64,000 nucleotides of DNA from the NCBI GenBank assembly GCA_045646845.1, contig JAZRLO010000008.1, positions 1,326-65,325 of the forward strand, written 5' to 3'. Of the stretch, positions 16,847 through 31,100 are shown one piece after another; within the stretch, counting starts at the first letter, position 1; each line of letters opens with the position of its first letter. The position numbers and the translations under genes were made by a program. The notes under the pieces were generated by a model, which ran no database searches, was not told the origin of the DNA, and saw only the letters and a list, made by a program, of their open reading frames with translations. The DNA is from Bacteroidaceae bacterium (GTDB lineage Bacteria > Bacteroidota > Bacteroidia > Bacteroidales > Bacteroidaceae).

Positions 16847-17983
16847 TCAGTTACGTCTGATTCTTATCTGTATCGCGTTTTCGATGGGGGTGTCATTTAT
16901 GATGACAAGATAACCGCCACCGCCGGCACCTGTAATTTTGTAGCCCTTGACATTGCCTTTGTAGTCGGCTATAGCCTTCTCTACATGCGGAGATATCATA
17001 TTTGGGAACATTGCTACCTGTGCTTCGAACGATGCTGTGCAGGCTTTGCCCCAAGCATCGACATCCTTTGCGTTGATTGCGTTCCAGCAATCTATGGCTG
17101 CCTGTGAGAGTGCGGCTGCATTCTCTTGGGTAATGTTGGTTGTTGCCAGTACATCGTAGTCGCCTGAGCGCGGTGCCATAGGAACCAACCATAGATTTTT
17201 CTCGATGAAATCGAGAATTTCGCTCTCTTTTACCGTCGTTATCTTCTCGGGCCAATAACCTCCGTCGTAGTCGAGGCGGTTGAGTCCCGGCATTACAATG
17301 CCGATAGCGTCCTGAGAGCCGCTGATGTATGGGCTTCCGGGAGGGTTTTCGTAACGGAATACCATCTTTGCAAGTGTCTCGCGGTCGCCCTCGGGGATAT
17401 CGACGTGCCACATTTCGATTGCCGCCTTGCGCGATGAGGTGCTCATACCGCCGCGGTTGTTGAAGTCGTAGTCGGGTTCAATGCTTATGGTGAGCACGGG
17501 GCCGCTGTGGTGCTTGCTTACATATGGCTGGTCGAGCCATCCGCCGGCAAGGTCGATGCGGTAGGGTATGTTGCACTCCTGGCGCAATGCTGTGGTTGAG
17601 CGTGTGGGCAGTCCGGCCTCGGGGATACGGGTACTTACGACAAGCTCAATGCCGTTCTCCTCGCAGAAACGTTTCTTTCCGGGTGTGTAACCGTCGCTGT
17701 TTACAAAGAAAATGTCCGGCTTCAGGCGTTTTACATCCTCTTCAAAGTCCATTATGCCGCTGCCGCTGTTGATGAATGCGTCCTTTACGTAACGGATGGC
17801 TTTTACCATGTAGAGGCGCTCGCGTTCGGTGTTGATGGTCTTGCGGTCCTTTAGCTCGCGGATTGTGGCGTCTGAGCCTATACCTACGTATAGGTCGCCA
17901 TGGCTGGCCGCTTCCTTGAAGAATGCCACGTGTCCCGAATGGAGCATGTCGTAGCAGCCTGATACAAATACTTTCTTGCTCAT
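16847..17983 (-). CDS. Fusion protein: N-terminal HxGH cytidylyl/adenylyltransferase domain plus C-terminal GHMP-kinase-like domain
   Basis: N-terminus VFVSGCYDMLHSGHVAFFKEA. The C-terminal domain has IDLAGGWLDQPY (as in fucokinase/HddA-type GHMP kinases), a degenerate GGMSTSS motif and GAGGGGYLV (GHMP motif 3). Confidence 0.8.
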   Translation of the reverse strand: MSKKVFVSGCYDMLHSGHVAFFKEAASHGDLYVGIGSDATIRELKDRKTINTERERLYMVKAIRYVKDAFINSGSGIMDFEEDVKRLKPDIFFVNSDGYTPGKKRFCEENGIELVVSTRIPEAGLPTRSTTALRQECNIPYRIDLAGGWLDQPYVSKHHSGPVLTISIEPDYDFNNRGGMSTSSRKAAIEMWHVDIPEGDRETLAKMVFRYENPPGSPYISGSQDAIGIVMPGLNRLDYDGGYWPEKITTVKESEILDFIEKNLWLVPMAPRSGDYDVLATTNITQENAAALSQAAIDCWNAINAKDVDAWGKACTASFEAQVAMFPNMISPHVEKAIADYKGNVKGYKITGAGGGGYLVIINDTPIENAIQIRIRRN

Positions 17984-18033
17984 CTTGTATGTTTGTTGGG
18001 CGGCGCAGAAAGCCGCATGTTCTGTTTCTTCTG

Positions 18034-18041
18034 CAAAATTA
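18034..18041 (-). promoter_or_regulatory. Candidate -7 box (TAATTTTG)
   Basis: TAnnTTTG match 51 nt upstream of the ATG at 17983. Confidence 0.35.
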
Positions 18042-18116
18042 GTGATTTATGCACAGATATGCAAAGCAATACTGTCTGTTTTTCTCTACAGGTGATACTG
18101 GTGAACTGGCAAAGGG

Positions 18117-18812
18117 TCACTTGTATGAATAACCTCCGTTCACTTCAATGGTGCTGCCATTCACGAACGGGTTGTCGATGCAGAACTTGAATGCTGCAAC
18201 GACTTCGTCAACGGTGGCGAAACGGTGTACTGCGGTCTTGTTGCAGATACTCTCTCTTATCTCAGCGGGTTTGTTCCTGTGCCAAGGCGTTTCAACAAAT
18301 CCGGGGGCTATGGTGTTTACGGTGGTGCCGGTTCCTTCGAACTCCTTTACAAGGTTCTTTGCCATTGCGTGGACAGCTGCCTTTGTCACGCCGTATGAGA
18401 GAACCGTGGCATGTGGGGTGGTTGCCATCTGTGAACCGGTGAACAGTATTCTTGAACCGTGGGGAATCAGTCCGTACAATTCGCGTATTATTATGTAGTG
18501 GGAATTTACCGCGACCTCCATCATGCTGTCCCAGTCACTGTCTGTAGATTCTGCAAATGGCTTTCTTATGGTTGTGCCGGCATTGCATACGATGCAATCG
18601 ACATGTCCGCATTTTTCTTTCACGTATGTTATGAAGCGGTAGGTCTGCTCCCTGTCGCTTTGGTCAACCTTTATAGCCTCCACGTTGCTGATGCTCTCTT
18701 CGGGTGCGTTGTGTGCGTATGTGGCATACACGTAGTAGCCGTTCTCTGCCAGCATCCTGGCCACACCAAGGCCAATACCCGACGTTCCGCCTGTGACTAT
18801 CGCAGTTTTCAT
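18117..18812 (-). CDS. Short-chain dehydrogenase/reductase (SDR)
   Basis: TGGTSGIGLG cofactor motif and SYGVTKAAV (YxxxK). Its start overlaps the upstream stop by 4 nt. Confidence 0.9.
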   Translation of the reverse strand: MKTAIVTGGTSGIGLGVARMLAENGYYVYATYAHNAPEESISNVEAIKVDQSDREQTYRFITYVKEKCGHVDCIVCNAGTTIRKPFAESTDSDWDSMMEVAVNSHYIIIRELYGLIPHGSRILFTGSQMATTPHATVLSYGVTKAAVHAMAKNLVKEFEGTGTTVNTIAPGFVETPWHRNKPAEIRESICNKTAVHRFATVDEVVAAFKFCIDNPFVNGSTIEVNGGYSYK

Positions 18813-20155
18813 ATCTCCATAAAGTTTTTACGTTCTGTAAACTGTTGCATGGCTTTTGCCATGGCTATGCTTTCGCGTCTCATGAGACGCGATGAACTGA
18901 ACCTGCGGTTTACTATGCACGATATCCATTCCTGAATCTCGTAGCGCAGGCCCTCTTCGTCCCATTTGTAGAAGAATTTCTTGTTTTTGTTCTGGTCTTC
19001 GTAACGAAGCTCAAAATAGTCGGTCTTCCACCATGGGGCCTCTACGTAGGCGTAACCTTTGGTGCCTGATATTACAAGATTGCCCTCGGTCTTTACTCCG
19101 AGCCCTATCTTGAACGAGCATACAGCACGGGGGTATCGCATGACTCCTTTCGTGTATATGTCAACATCGTTCTCCATGCGTGAGTAGAGTCTCAGTTCTT
19201 CATATCCTGTGCCAAGGAGTCTGAATATGGGCAGCAAAGGATAGACTGCCGATTCGTACATGGAGCCTCCTGCCTGAGCCGGGTCGAACTCGCGACGTGT
19301 CTTGTCGGGCAGCAGGCGCGAGAGTGATGCTTCGATATCTACCACTTTGCCTATGGCACCGCTCTTTATCATTGTCATCAGATGGTTGAATGCCGGGCAG
19401 TGGGCAGTCTTGTTGGCTTCCATCATGACAAGTTCCTTCTCTTCGGCAAGTGAATAGAGCTCCTTGGCCTGTTCCTCTTCGAGTACGAGCGGAATCTCGC
19501 ATAGTGTATGCTTTCCTGCTGTCAGGGCGCGTTTGCTGTATTCGTAATGGCTGAGGTGGGGCGTGGCTATATAAACGGCATCCACGTCGTCAAGCATTGC
19601 GTCGAACGATTCATATGCGTTAGCGAGGCTGTGTCTTTGTACGAACTCGTTAAGAATGCTCTTGTCGTGGTCATATGCTCCCGTGATTTCAACACCGCTT
19701 ACAAAGTGTGCCTCGGGAACGAATCTGTTGGCTATGCGGCCACAACCTACTATGCCCACACGTACCTTTTGCTGTGTCTCTCCGCGGAGCATGGTCGATG
19801 AAATGCCTTCGGTGCGCGAAAGATAAACGACCTCGCAGAACTCGTTGAGGTAGTCGAACTCTCCCTCCCAGTCGCTTCCGATTGCAAAAACGTCGATGTC
19901 GTATCTCTGTATGTCGTCAATCTTCTGCCCGAAGTAGTCTTCTATTATTATCTCGTCGGCATAGCCGGTAGCCCTTACGGCTTCGACGCGCTCGAGAACA
20001 TTGTTGCGGACATTCAGCTTTCCGCGTTCACGGTCGAAACGGTCGTTTGTGACTCCTACAATCAGGTAGTCTCCGAGCTCCTTCGCGCGGCGCAGAAGGT
20101 TTATGTGCCCCTGGTGCAACAGGTCGTAGGTGCCGTATGTTATTACTTTCTTCAT
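18809..20155 (-). CDS. Fusion protein: TagD-like cytidylyltransferase plus Gfo/Idh/MocA oxidoreductase
   Basis: N-terminus TYGTYDLLHQGHINLLRRAKELG and RTEGISSTMLR, then the Rossmann motif VRVGIVGCGRIANRF. Confidence 0.85.
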   Translation of the reverse strand: MKKVITYGTYDLLHQGHINLLRRAKELGDYLIVGVTNDRFDRERGKLNVRNNVLERVEAVRATGYADEIIIEDYFGQKIDDIQRYDIDVFAIGSDWEGEFDYLNEFCEVVYLSRTEGISSTMLRGETQQKVRVGIVGCGRIANRFVPEAHFVSGVEITGAYDHDKSILNEFVQRHSLANAYESFDAMLDDVDAVYIATPHLSHYEYSKRALTAGKHTLCEIPLVLEEEQAKELYSLAEEKELVMMEANKTAHCPAFNHLMTMIKSGAIGKVVDIEASLSRLLPDKTRREFDPAQAGGSMYESAVYPLLPIFRLLGTGYEELRLYSRMENDVDIYTKGVMRYPRAVCSFKIGLGVKTEGNLVISGTKGYAYVEAPWWKTDYFELRYEDQNKNKKFFYKWDEEGLRYEIQEWISCIVNRRFSSSRLMRRESIAMAKAMQQFTERKNFMEI

Positions 20156-20247
20156 TAGACGCTGTTTGAATTTCTAAAAAAATGTTTTCTTGCCGGTAGC
20201 TGGTTGTTTCGCAGTATAAAAATGGCGAATTTAATTCAAGCAGCTTC

Positions 20248-21579
20248 TCAGTCTCTGCGGAATATGTCACGTGTATATACCTTTTCCTTCACGTCATCGA
20301 GTATGGTGTCGTAGCGGTTTGCTATGATGGCATGGGAAATTTTCTTGAATTCATCGAGGTTGTTTACCACCCGGCTGCCGAAGAATGTAGTGCCTTCTTC
20401 GAGCGATGGCTCGTATATCACCACTTCGGCACCTTTTGCCTTTATGCGCTTCATCACGCCTTGAATCGATGACTGGCGGAAGTTGTCGCTGCCGGCTTTC
20501 ATCGTAAGACGGAACACGCCAATTGTCGGTAGTTGAGAACTGAAAGTTGAAAGTTTAGAGTTGTACTGATTGTTTTCGCTATAGCTGTACCAGCCCGCCA
20601 TACGGAGCACTTGGTCGGCAATGAAGTCCTTACGCGTGCGGTTGCTTTCGACAATGGCGCTCATCATGTTCTGCGGAACCTCCTGGTAGTTGGCGAGCAA
20701 CTGCTTGGTATCCTTGGGCAGACAGTATCCCCCGTAACCGAAAGAGGGGTTGTTGTAGTGGTCGCCGATGCGTGGGTCGAGTCCTACTCCCTTTATTATC
20801 GCTGCAGAATCGAGCCCTTTCAGCTCGGCATATGTATCAAGTTCGTTGAAGTAACTCACACGCAGTGCAAGGTAGGTATTGGCGAATAGCTTGACGGCCT
20901 CGGCATCCTTGAGTCCCATGAACAAGGTAGGGATGTCTTCTTTAATCGCGCCCTGCTGCAACAGTCCTGCAAAGGTGTGTGCCGCATCTTCGAGGTGGTT
21001 GCCGGCTATGGATTTTATGGCTTCGTTCTCTTCGTCATAGTTCTCAATCATCTTGGGGTAGCCCACGATGATGCGGCTCGGGTAGAGGTTGTCATAGAGT
21101 GCCTTGCTTTCGCGCAGGAACTCGGGCGAGAAGAGCAGGCGGAACTTATGTGTGGTGTCCCAGCCCATCTCCTTGAATTTTTTGGCATATTTTACATACA
21201 AACTGCGGCAGTAGCCTACGGGAATGGTGCTTTTTATCACCATCGTCGCATTTGGGTTTGCCTCAAGGACAAGGTCAATGACATCTTCTATGTGGTGGGT
21301 GTCGAAGAAGTTCTTCTGCGGGTCGTAGTTCGTGGGGGCTGCAATCACTACAAAATCGGCATCGCGGTACGCGCTTGCACCGTCGAGCGTGGCTGTGAGG
21401 TCCAACTCCTTTTCGGCAAGATACTTCTCTATGTACTCGTCCTGGATGGGGGACTGCTTGCGGTTTATCATCTCTACCTTTTCGGGGATGACATCCACTG
21501 CAACTACTTTGTTGTGCTGTGCCAGCAATGTGGCAATGCTCAGGCCTACATAACCTGTTCCTGCTACTGCAATTTTCAT
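20248..21579 (-). CDS. ugd: UDP-glucose 6-dehydrogenase
   Basis: [14 protein letters not shown] and the catalytic-Cys block [10 protein letters not shown]. Confidence 0.92.
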   Translation of the reverse strand: MKIAVAGTGYVGLSIATLLAQHNKVVAVDVIPEKVEMINRKQSPIQDEYIEKYLAEKELDLTATLDGASAYRDADFVVIAAPTNYDPQKNFFDTHHIEDVIDLVLEANPNATMVIKSTIPVGYCRSLYVKYAKKFKEMGWDTTHKFRLLFSPEFLRESKALYDNLYPSRIIVGYPKMIENYDEENEAIKSIAGNHLEDAAHTFAGLLQQGAIKEDIPTLFMGLKDAEAVKLFANTYLALRVSYFNELDTYAELKGLDSAAIIKGVGLDPRIGDHYNNPSFGYGGYCLPKDTKQLLANYQEVPQNMMSAIVESNRTRKDFIADQVLRMAGWYSYSENNQYNSKLSTFSSQLPTIGVFRLTMKAGSDNFRQSSIQGVMKRIKAKGAEVVIYEPSLEEGTTFFGSRVVNNLDEFKKISHAIIANRYDTILDDVKEKVYTRDIFRRD

Positions 21580-21632
21580 CTGATGGCTGTTTAACGGTGT
21601 GGGTCCGCATTGTGGCGAAACCGCTTATCAAG

Positions 21633-21640
21633 CAAAAATA
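21633..21640 (-). promoter_or_regulatory. Candidate -7 box (TATTTTTG) for ugd
   Basis: TAnnTTTG match 54 nt upstream of the ATG at 21579. A 14-bp palindrome TGCAATTAATTGCA lies about 20 nt further upstream. Confidence 0.4.
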
Positions 21641-21826
21641 CTAATTATCTCCGTAAAATTGCAATTAATTGCAGAAAATAATGACAAGAGTGCATTTGTC
21701 GGTAGTTTTTGTTATATATGATTATGGCTCAATAGCAATTTACTATGGGATTCGGTTGTGTTGTTTTATGGTGCCGATTTTTTTAAAAAATTACTTTTGT
21801 TGTACAATCGTCAATGATAACACAAT

Positions 21827-21860
21827 AAGGGTGGTCCGGTTTTACTCTCGGGCCACCCTT
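21827..21860 (-). terminator. Putative terminator after GH20
   Basis: Stem AAGGGTGGTCCG/CGGGCCACCCTT (one wobble) about 25 nt after the stop at 21885. Confidence 0.5.
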
Positions 21861-21884
21861 GTAATCGTGCAATGTCGGCTATTG

Positions 21885-23501
21885 TTATCTGCGCGGAGAA
21901 ACCTCGAACGGAACTCTGAACGATACTCCGCTGCGCATAAGGTCGTTGAGGTTGGGGAACATACGCTGTTTGAAACTTTCCCAACCACGCTGTTCAATTG
22001 TGCTCCAGCCGGCCTCGGCAATGGCAAGACCGCGGGGGAAGAACATGTAGTTCACGCGGTTTATGTCCTTGATTGCTTCGGACCACATGGTGGCCATCAC
22101 ACCCTGTATGTGCTGCTGTTCTTCAACCGGGAGGTTGTAGCTCGGGTCGAGCTTGTATGTCTGCTCCAGTGTGGTGATAGGCATGCCCCAGTTGTTGAAT
22201 TCGGGCAGGTCATTACGCCACTGCGGATAGTCGAGATATGCATGCTCTCCGGGAGCCATAATCAGCTTGTGTCCGTTCTTGCGTGTGAGTTCTATACATT
22301 TGGGTGTAAGCGCGTTGCGCCATGTCACCAGTGTCACGTCCTTGGGGTAGGGGAACAGGTAGTCGTTTGCGGGCGGCCACATGTTGTCGAGCTCGCACCA
22401 CAGGATGGGCTTTTTGCCGTTCGCACGCACGAAACCGAGCATGCGTCCGAAGAAGATGTTCATCAGTTCCGACGGCTTTGTATAACCGGCTTCGGCCATC
22501 ATGGCCTTGCAGTCGTCGCACTTCGCCCAGTTCTCCTTTACGGCAGCTTCGTCACCGCCCAGGTGGATGTATTCCGAGGGAAATATCTGTGCAACCTCCC
22601 TTATGATGTCGTCATATACCTTGTATGCCTCTTCGCAGTGGGCACATATCATCATGTTTGTGGTGTGACCAAGGTCTTTCTTGTCGTTGTGGCGGAATGC
22701 GCAGCCAAGGTGCGGGTATGCTGCCAGTATCGCTACAGAGTGTCCGGGGATGTCAAGCTCTGGGATAATCTCCACATTTCTGTCTGCTGCGTATTTTACC
22801 AGGTCCTTGAGCTGTTCCTGTGTATAGTAGCCGTTGTCGGGGCCGTTGTCACCACCGTTGGGGTTGCGGAATGCTCCCTTTTCGGTCAATGCCGGGTGGC
22901 TCTTGATCTCTATGCGCCAGCCCTGGTCGTCTGTAAGGTGCAACTGCAATACGTTGTACTTGAACTTCGCCATCTGGTTGATGAAGAACTTCACGTCCTC
23001 GACGGGAAGGAAATGACGGGCCGGGTCGAGCATTACGGCACGGTGGCCATAGCGCGGAGCGTCTTCGATTCGAATAGGGGCAAGCATACTCTTTGAGGTG
23101 TTGTTCACGTCGCCGATGAGTATCTGGTCAAGGGTTTTCAGTGCGTAGTATATACCGCTGCGGTCGCCCTCGATTGTGATGTTCTTCTTGTCGATGTCTA
23201 TCGTGTAACTTTCGGGACGGGCGTCGGGATTCTCCTTTATTGTTATTCTGTTCTTGCCTTTGGCTGGCAGTTCGACACCTGTGCGCAGCTTGATGATTCC
23301 TTTGAGTTCCTCCATTATGAACTGTCCGGCTTCCATACTGCACTCAATCTGTCCGGCCTTGTTGAGGTCGAATGACTTGCCTTCGCGCTGTTCGACTTTT
23401 GCAGGCATCGGCAACAGTGCCGACACGTTGTCCTGAGCGAATGCTGTGCCCATTATAGCACAGTGCAACAGCATCAATAGGGTTATGATTCTTTTTTTCA
23501 T
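21885..23501 (-). CDS. GH20 beta-N-acetylhexosaminidase (secreted)
   Basis: Signal peptide MKKRIITLLMLLHCAIMGTAFAQ, plus HLTDDQGWRIEI and the catalytic block IHLGGDE. Confidence 0.9.
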   Translation of the reverse strand: MKKRIITLLMLLHCAIMGTAFAQDNVSALLPMPAKVEQREGKSFDLNKAGQIECSMEAGQFIMEELKGIIKLRTGVELPAKGKNRITIKENPDARPESYTIDIDKKNITIEGDRSGIYYALKTLDQILIGDVNNTSKSMLAPIRIEDAPRYGHRAVMLDPARHFLPVEDVKFFINQMAKFKYNVLQLHLTDDQGWRIEIKSHPALTEKGAFRNPNGGDNGPDNGYYTQEQLKDLVKYAADRNVEIIPELDIPGHSVAILAAYPHLGCAFRHNDKKDLGHTTNMMICAHCEEAYKVYDDIIREVAQIFPSEYIHLGGDEAAVKENWAKCDDCKAMMAEAGYTKPSELMNIFFGRMLGFVRANGKKPILWCELDNMWPPANDYLFPYPKDVTLVTWRNALTPKCIELTRKNGHKLIMAPGEHAYLDYPQWRNDLPEFNNWGMPITTLEQTYKLDPSYNLPVEEQQHIQGVMATMWSEAIKDINRVNYMFFPRGLAIAEAGWSTIEQRGWESFKQRMFPNLNDLMRSGVSFRVPFEVSPRR

Positions 23502-23545
23502 TATCGTTTTTTTTACGTTATGATATTCTTATCAATCAAATGTTT

Positions 23546-23569
23546 GCGGCGGGGCTGCAGCCCCGCCGC
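23546..23569. terminator. GC-rich palindromic hairpin between GH2 and GH20
   Basis: GCGGCGGGG-CTGCAG-CCCCGCCGC. The T-rich flank is on the plus side only, so terminator efficiency for the minus-strand GH2 gene is uncertain. Confidence 0.5.
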
Positions 23570-23590
23570 TTCTTATTCTGTCAGTATTGC

Positions 23591-27919
<4,329 letters not shown>

Positions 27920-28118
27920 TTATTTAATCGTGTCAAATCTGTGCATAGCAAGAGCTATGATAAATTGGGATAAAGTTACGAAAAATATTATTAATCCTAG
28001 TTATCGGATGAGATGAAAAAACGAAAATATTGACAGGCATGACAATTATTTCCCCATTTCGTTTCAATTAACAGTTTTTATACTTAATTTTGTTTTTAAT
28101 TTTACTATTTATAACCAA

Positions 28119-31100
28119 TTGTATAATATGAAAAGATTTCTTTTTGCTTTGCTTTGCATGACTATGGGTCTTGCAAACGCATTCTCGCAGGATTTCCCCG
28201 AAATCAGTACTGATGAGAATACCAAGTGGTATCTTATCCAGTTCTCGAACGGCGGAGATGCCCTGACAGCCAAGACTTCCGGTACACAGATTACCATTGG
28301 CAGTGCTTTGGGTAGTGATACCCAGTTGTGGAAAATCACAGGTAATGCAACGGACGGTTACACCTTCACCAACAAGAAGGGATATACCCTCTATGTGAAT
28401 TCCGCTGCAACCAATCAGATGGTGAACGCTTCCACTACACCAAGCGGCGTAAGCAAGTTCTTCATCAACAAGACAACACACAGTATCGGTGGCTACGAGA
28501 TTCAGCCCAAGGGCAACACTGCAATCTCAATGAACCTTTGGGGAGGTCCCGGCGACTCACGCGCTTGCGTTGGTCTCTGGAACAAGGGCGACCAGAACAA
28601 TGCTGTGAAATTCGTTGATGCCAGCGCGTTCGAGAACTTGAGCAAGGTGAATCTGATTCCCTATCCGCAGGAGATAACAGTAGGCGAAACTGCATTCGAC
28701 ATCACCAAGCTGAATGCAATCGCATATAACAACGATGAGATGAAAGGTCACATAGAGAACTTCGCTGCCCAACTGAAGAAATCGGCAGGCATCGAGCTCA
28801 CCGTAAAGAAGGCCGGGGATACAGCAGTTGCAGGAGAAATATGGTTCGGAACAGACAATGGACTTAACGAGGACGGCTACACGCTTAATGTAAATGAAAA
28901 CGGCATTGAAATAAAGGCTAAGGACTTCGGTGGCGAGTTCTATGCATTGCAGACACTTACCCAGTTGCTTCCTCGCGAATTCTTTGCCGACGAACAGTGC
29001 AACATTGAATGGAGTATTCCAGTTGTAGCTATCAAGGACCATCCGCAGTTCCAGCACCGCGGTTTCATGATGGACGTTGCACGTCACTTCTTCGACAAAG
29101 ACCAGGTAAAGAGAGTGCTCGACATTATGGCACTCTACAAGATGAACCGTCTGCACTGGCACCTCACCGATGACCAGGGCTGGCGTATCGAAATCCCAGA
29201 ATATCCCAAGTTGACCGAGGTTGGTTCAATCCGCAGCGGTTCTTTCACAAGCAACGGCGACGGCGCGCAGTTCTTCGACGATACAGAATATGGCCGCGGC
29301 ATGTGGTTCTCACAGGATGACCTTCGCGAAATAGTTGCATACGCAGCAGAGCGCAACATCGATATCCTCCCCGAGATTGACCTTCCAGGCCATATGGTAG
29401 CAGCGGTTGCATCTTACCCCGAATTCAGCTGCGACCCTACAAAGGAGTATTCAGTACGAATCCCCGGCGGTATCTCTCACGATGTGTTGAATATTGGTAA
29501 AGACGAAGTCGTTGATTTCTTGAAATGCGTGCTCCGTAACGTAGCCGAGATATTCCCCTTCCCATACATTCACCTTGGCGGTGACGAGTGTCCCACAGAG
29601 CAGTGGCAGACCAATGCCGACTGCTTGCGCCGCGTACAGGAAGAGGGCCTTGCAGGCGTACACGAACTGCAGTCATGGCTTGTAGAGGAGCTTGGTGCAT
29701 ACCTCAAGACACTTGGCGAGAACAGCAAGGACATTGTTGTTTGGGACGAGGTTCTCAAGAACTGGAACACCAACAACAAGGTAAAGCCGGTTATCATGGC
29801 ATGGAACGATGGCGGTGCAAAGTACGCAAAGCAGGCTGCAGACCTTGGTTTCAGCAGCATCCTCTGCCCCTATTCTCATGTATATATCGACTTCATGCAG
29901 GTTCCTGCAAACCAGACAAGGGTTGACGAGCCGTACTATGGCGGTTGGGGCGACACTTGGGTAAATACAATTGACAGGGTATATTCTCTTAACCCGTTGA
30001 CGCAACTTGACGGAAAAGAGAGTTTCTGCTGGGGTGCGCAGTGCAACCTCTGGGCCGAGACACTCAACGACGGAGAGGAACTTGAGTACCAGCTGCTGCC
30101 ACGTATGCTTGCACTTGCCGAGGTTGGCTGGTTGCATGCCAACAAGAAGAACTGGGGCGGTTTCTACAACCGTCTGCAGAGCCACGATGAGATTCTCGAC
30201 TATCTCGGTTACACATACGCAAAGCACTACATAGAGCCTAAGGAATACACAGCTGTAGAAAGCGCAATCATTGAGGCTGAAGAGATTCTTGCAGCCAGCA
30301 TCCGTGGTGGCGTAGGCTACCCTGCTGTCGAGGTTTACGATGCGCTTGAAGCAGCACTCAAGGCTACAGAAGGTGAGGATGCAACAGCACTCAACGCAGC
30401 TATCGCGGCATATAAGAACGCAGCGATAGTTCAGCCCGAAGCCGGCAAAATTTATCAGATTGTTTCGGCATCTACATACTACAAGCGTCAGTACGAAGGT
30501 TCTACAATGTACCAGAACGGCAATGGCGTGCGTTTCCACTACACACCGCAGACAGAACCCGAGGAGTTGTGGCAGTTCGTTCCCGCGAATGGCGGTTATG
30601 TAATGAAGAACCTCTACAGCGGCAAGCAGATTGCAATGCCTTCATACAATGCCGGTGTACAGATGACAGATGCCGGTACTGCCGTAAGAGTTGACAAGGC
30701 GACAATTGCAACAAGAGACTTTACATACATTCCTGGCGCAGTTACAATTTCTGCAGTCGAGGGTTACAGTGCGGCCGTTACCGGTAACGTGAAGCGTCTC
30801 AGCGCAGAGGTATCGGGTGATGTATATGCAAAGGACGAAGCTGCACTCTGCTACAACGGTACATGGAGAATCGTTGAGGTCACAGACTTCACAGCACAGC
30901 TTGCGGGTCTTGTAAAGAAGTGCGAACTCATCATTATCAAGGCAAAGCCCGGTGAAATAGGTGAACCTACACAGGATGCTATCGATTATCTGCAGAACAG
31001 CGTCATCAACCCTGCTACACAGGCTGTTGCTGACGGTGCAGTAACCGAGGAACAGTACAACGCATACGTCGCACTCTACAACCAGTTCATGATGATGCCA

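Noticed and set aside
21669-23096. A 475-aa plus-strand ORF.
   Set aside because: It lies entirely antisense to the well-supported GH20 gene (21885-23501). The translation is low-complexity and Val/Cys/His-rich, with no recognisable motif. This is a typical shadow ORF.
29673-30539. A 288-aa minus-strand ORF, plus other long antisense ORFs (44387-45349, 45646-46455, 57391-58098, 39276-39917, 40513-41100, 52364-53053).
   Set aside because: All are embedded antisense in strongly supported genes (GH20, valS, apbE, gpsA, lysS, ECF sigma) and lack motifs. They are shadow ORFs.
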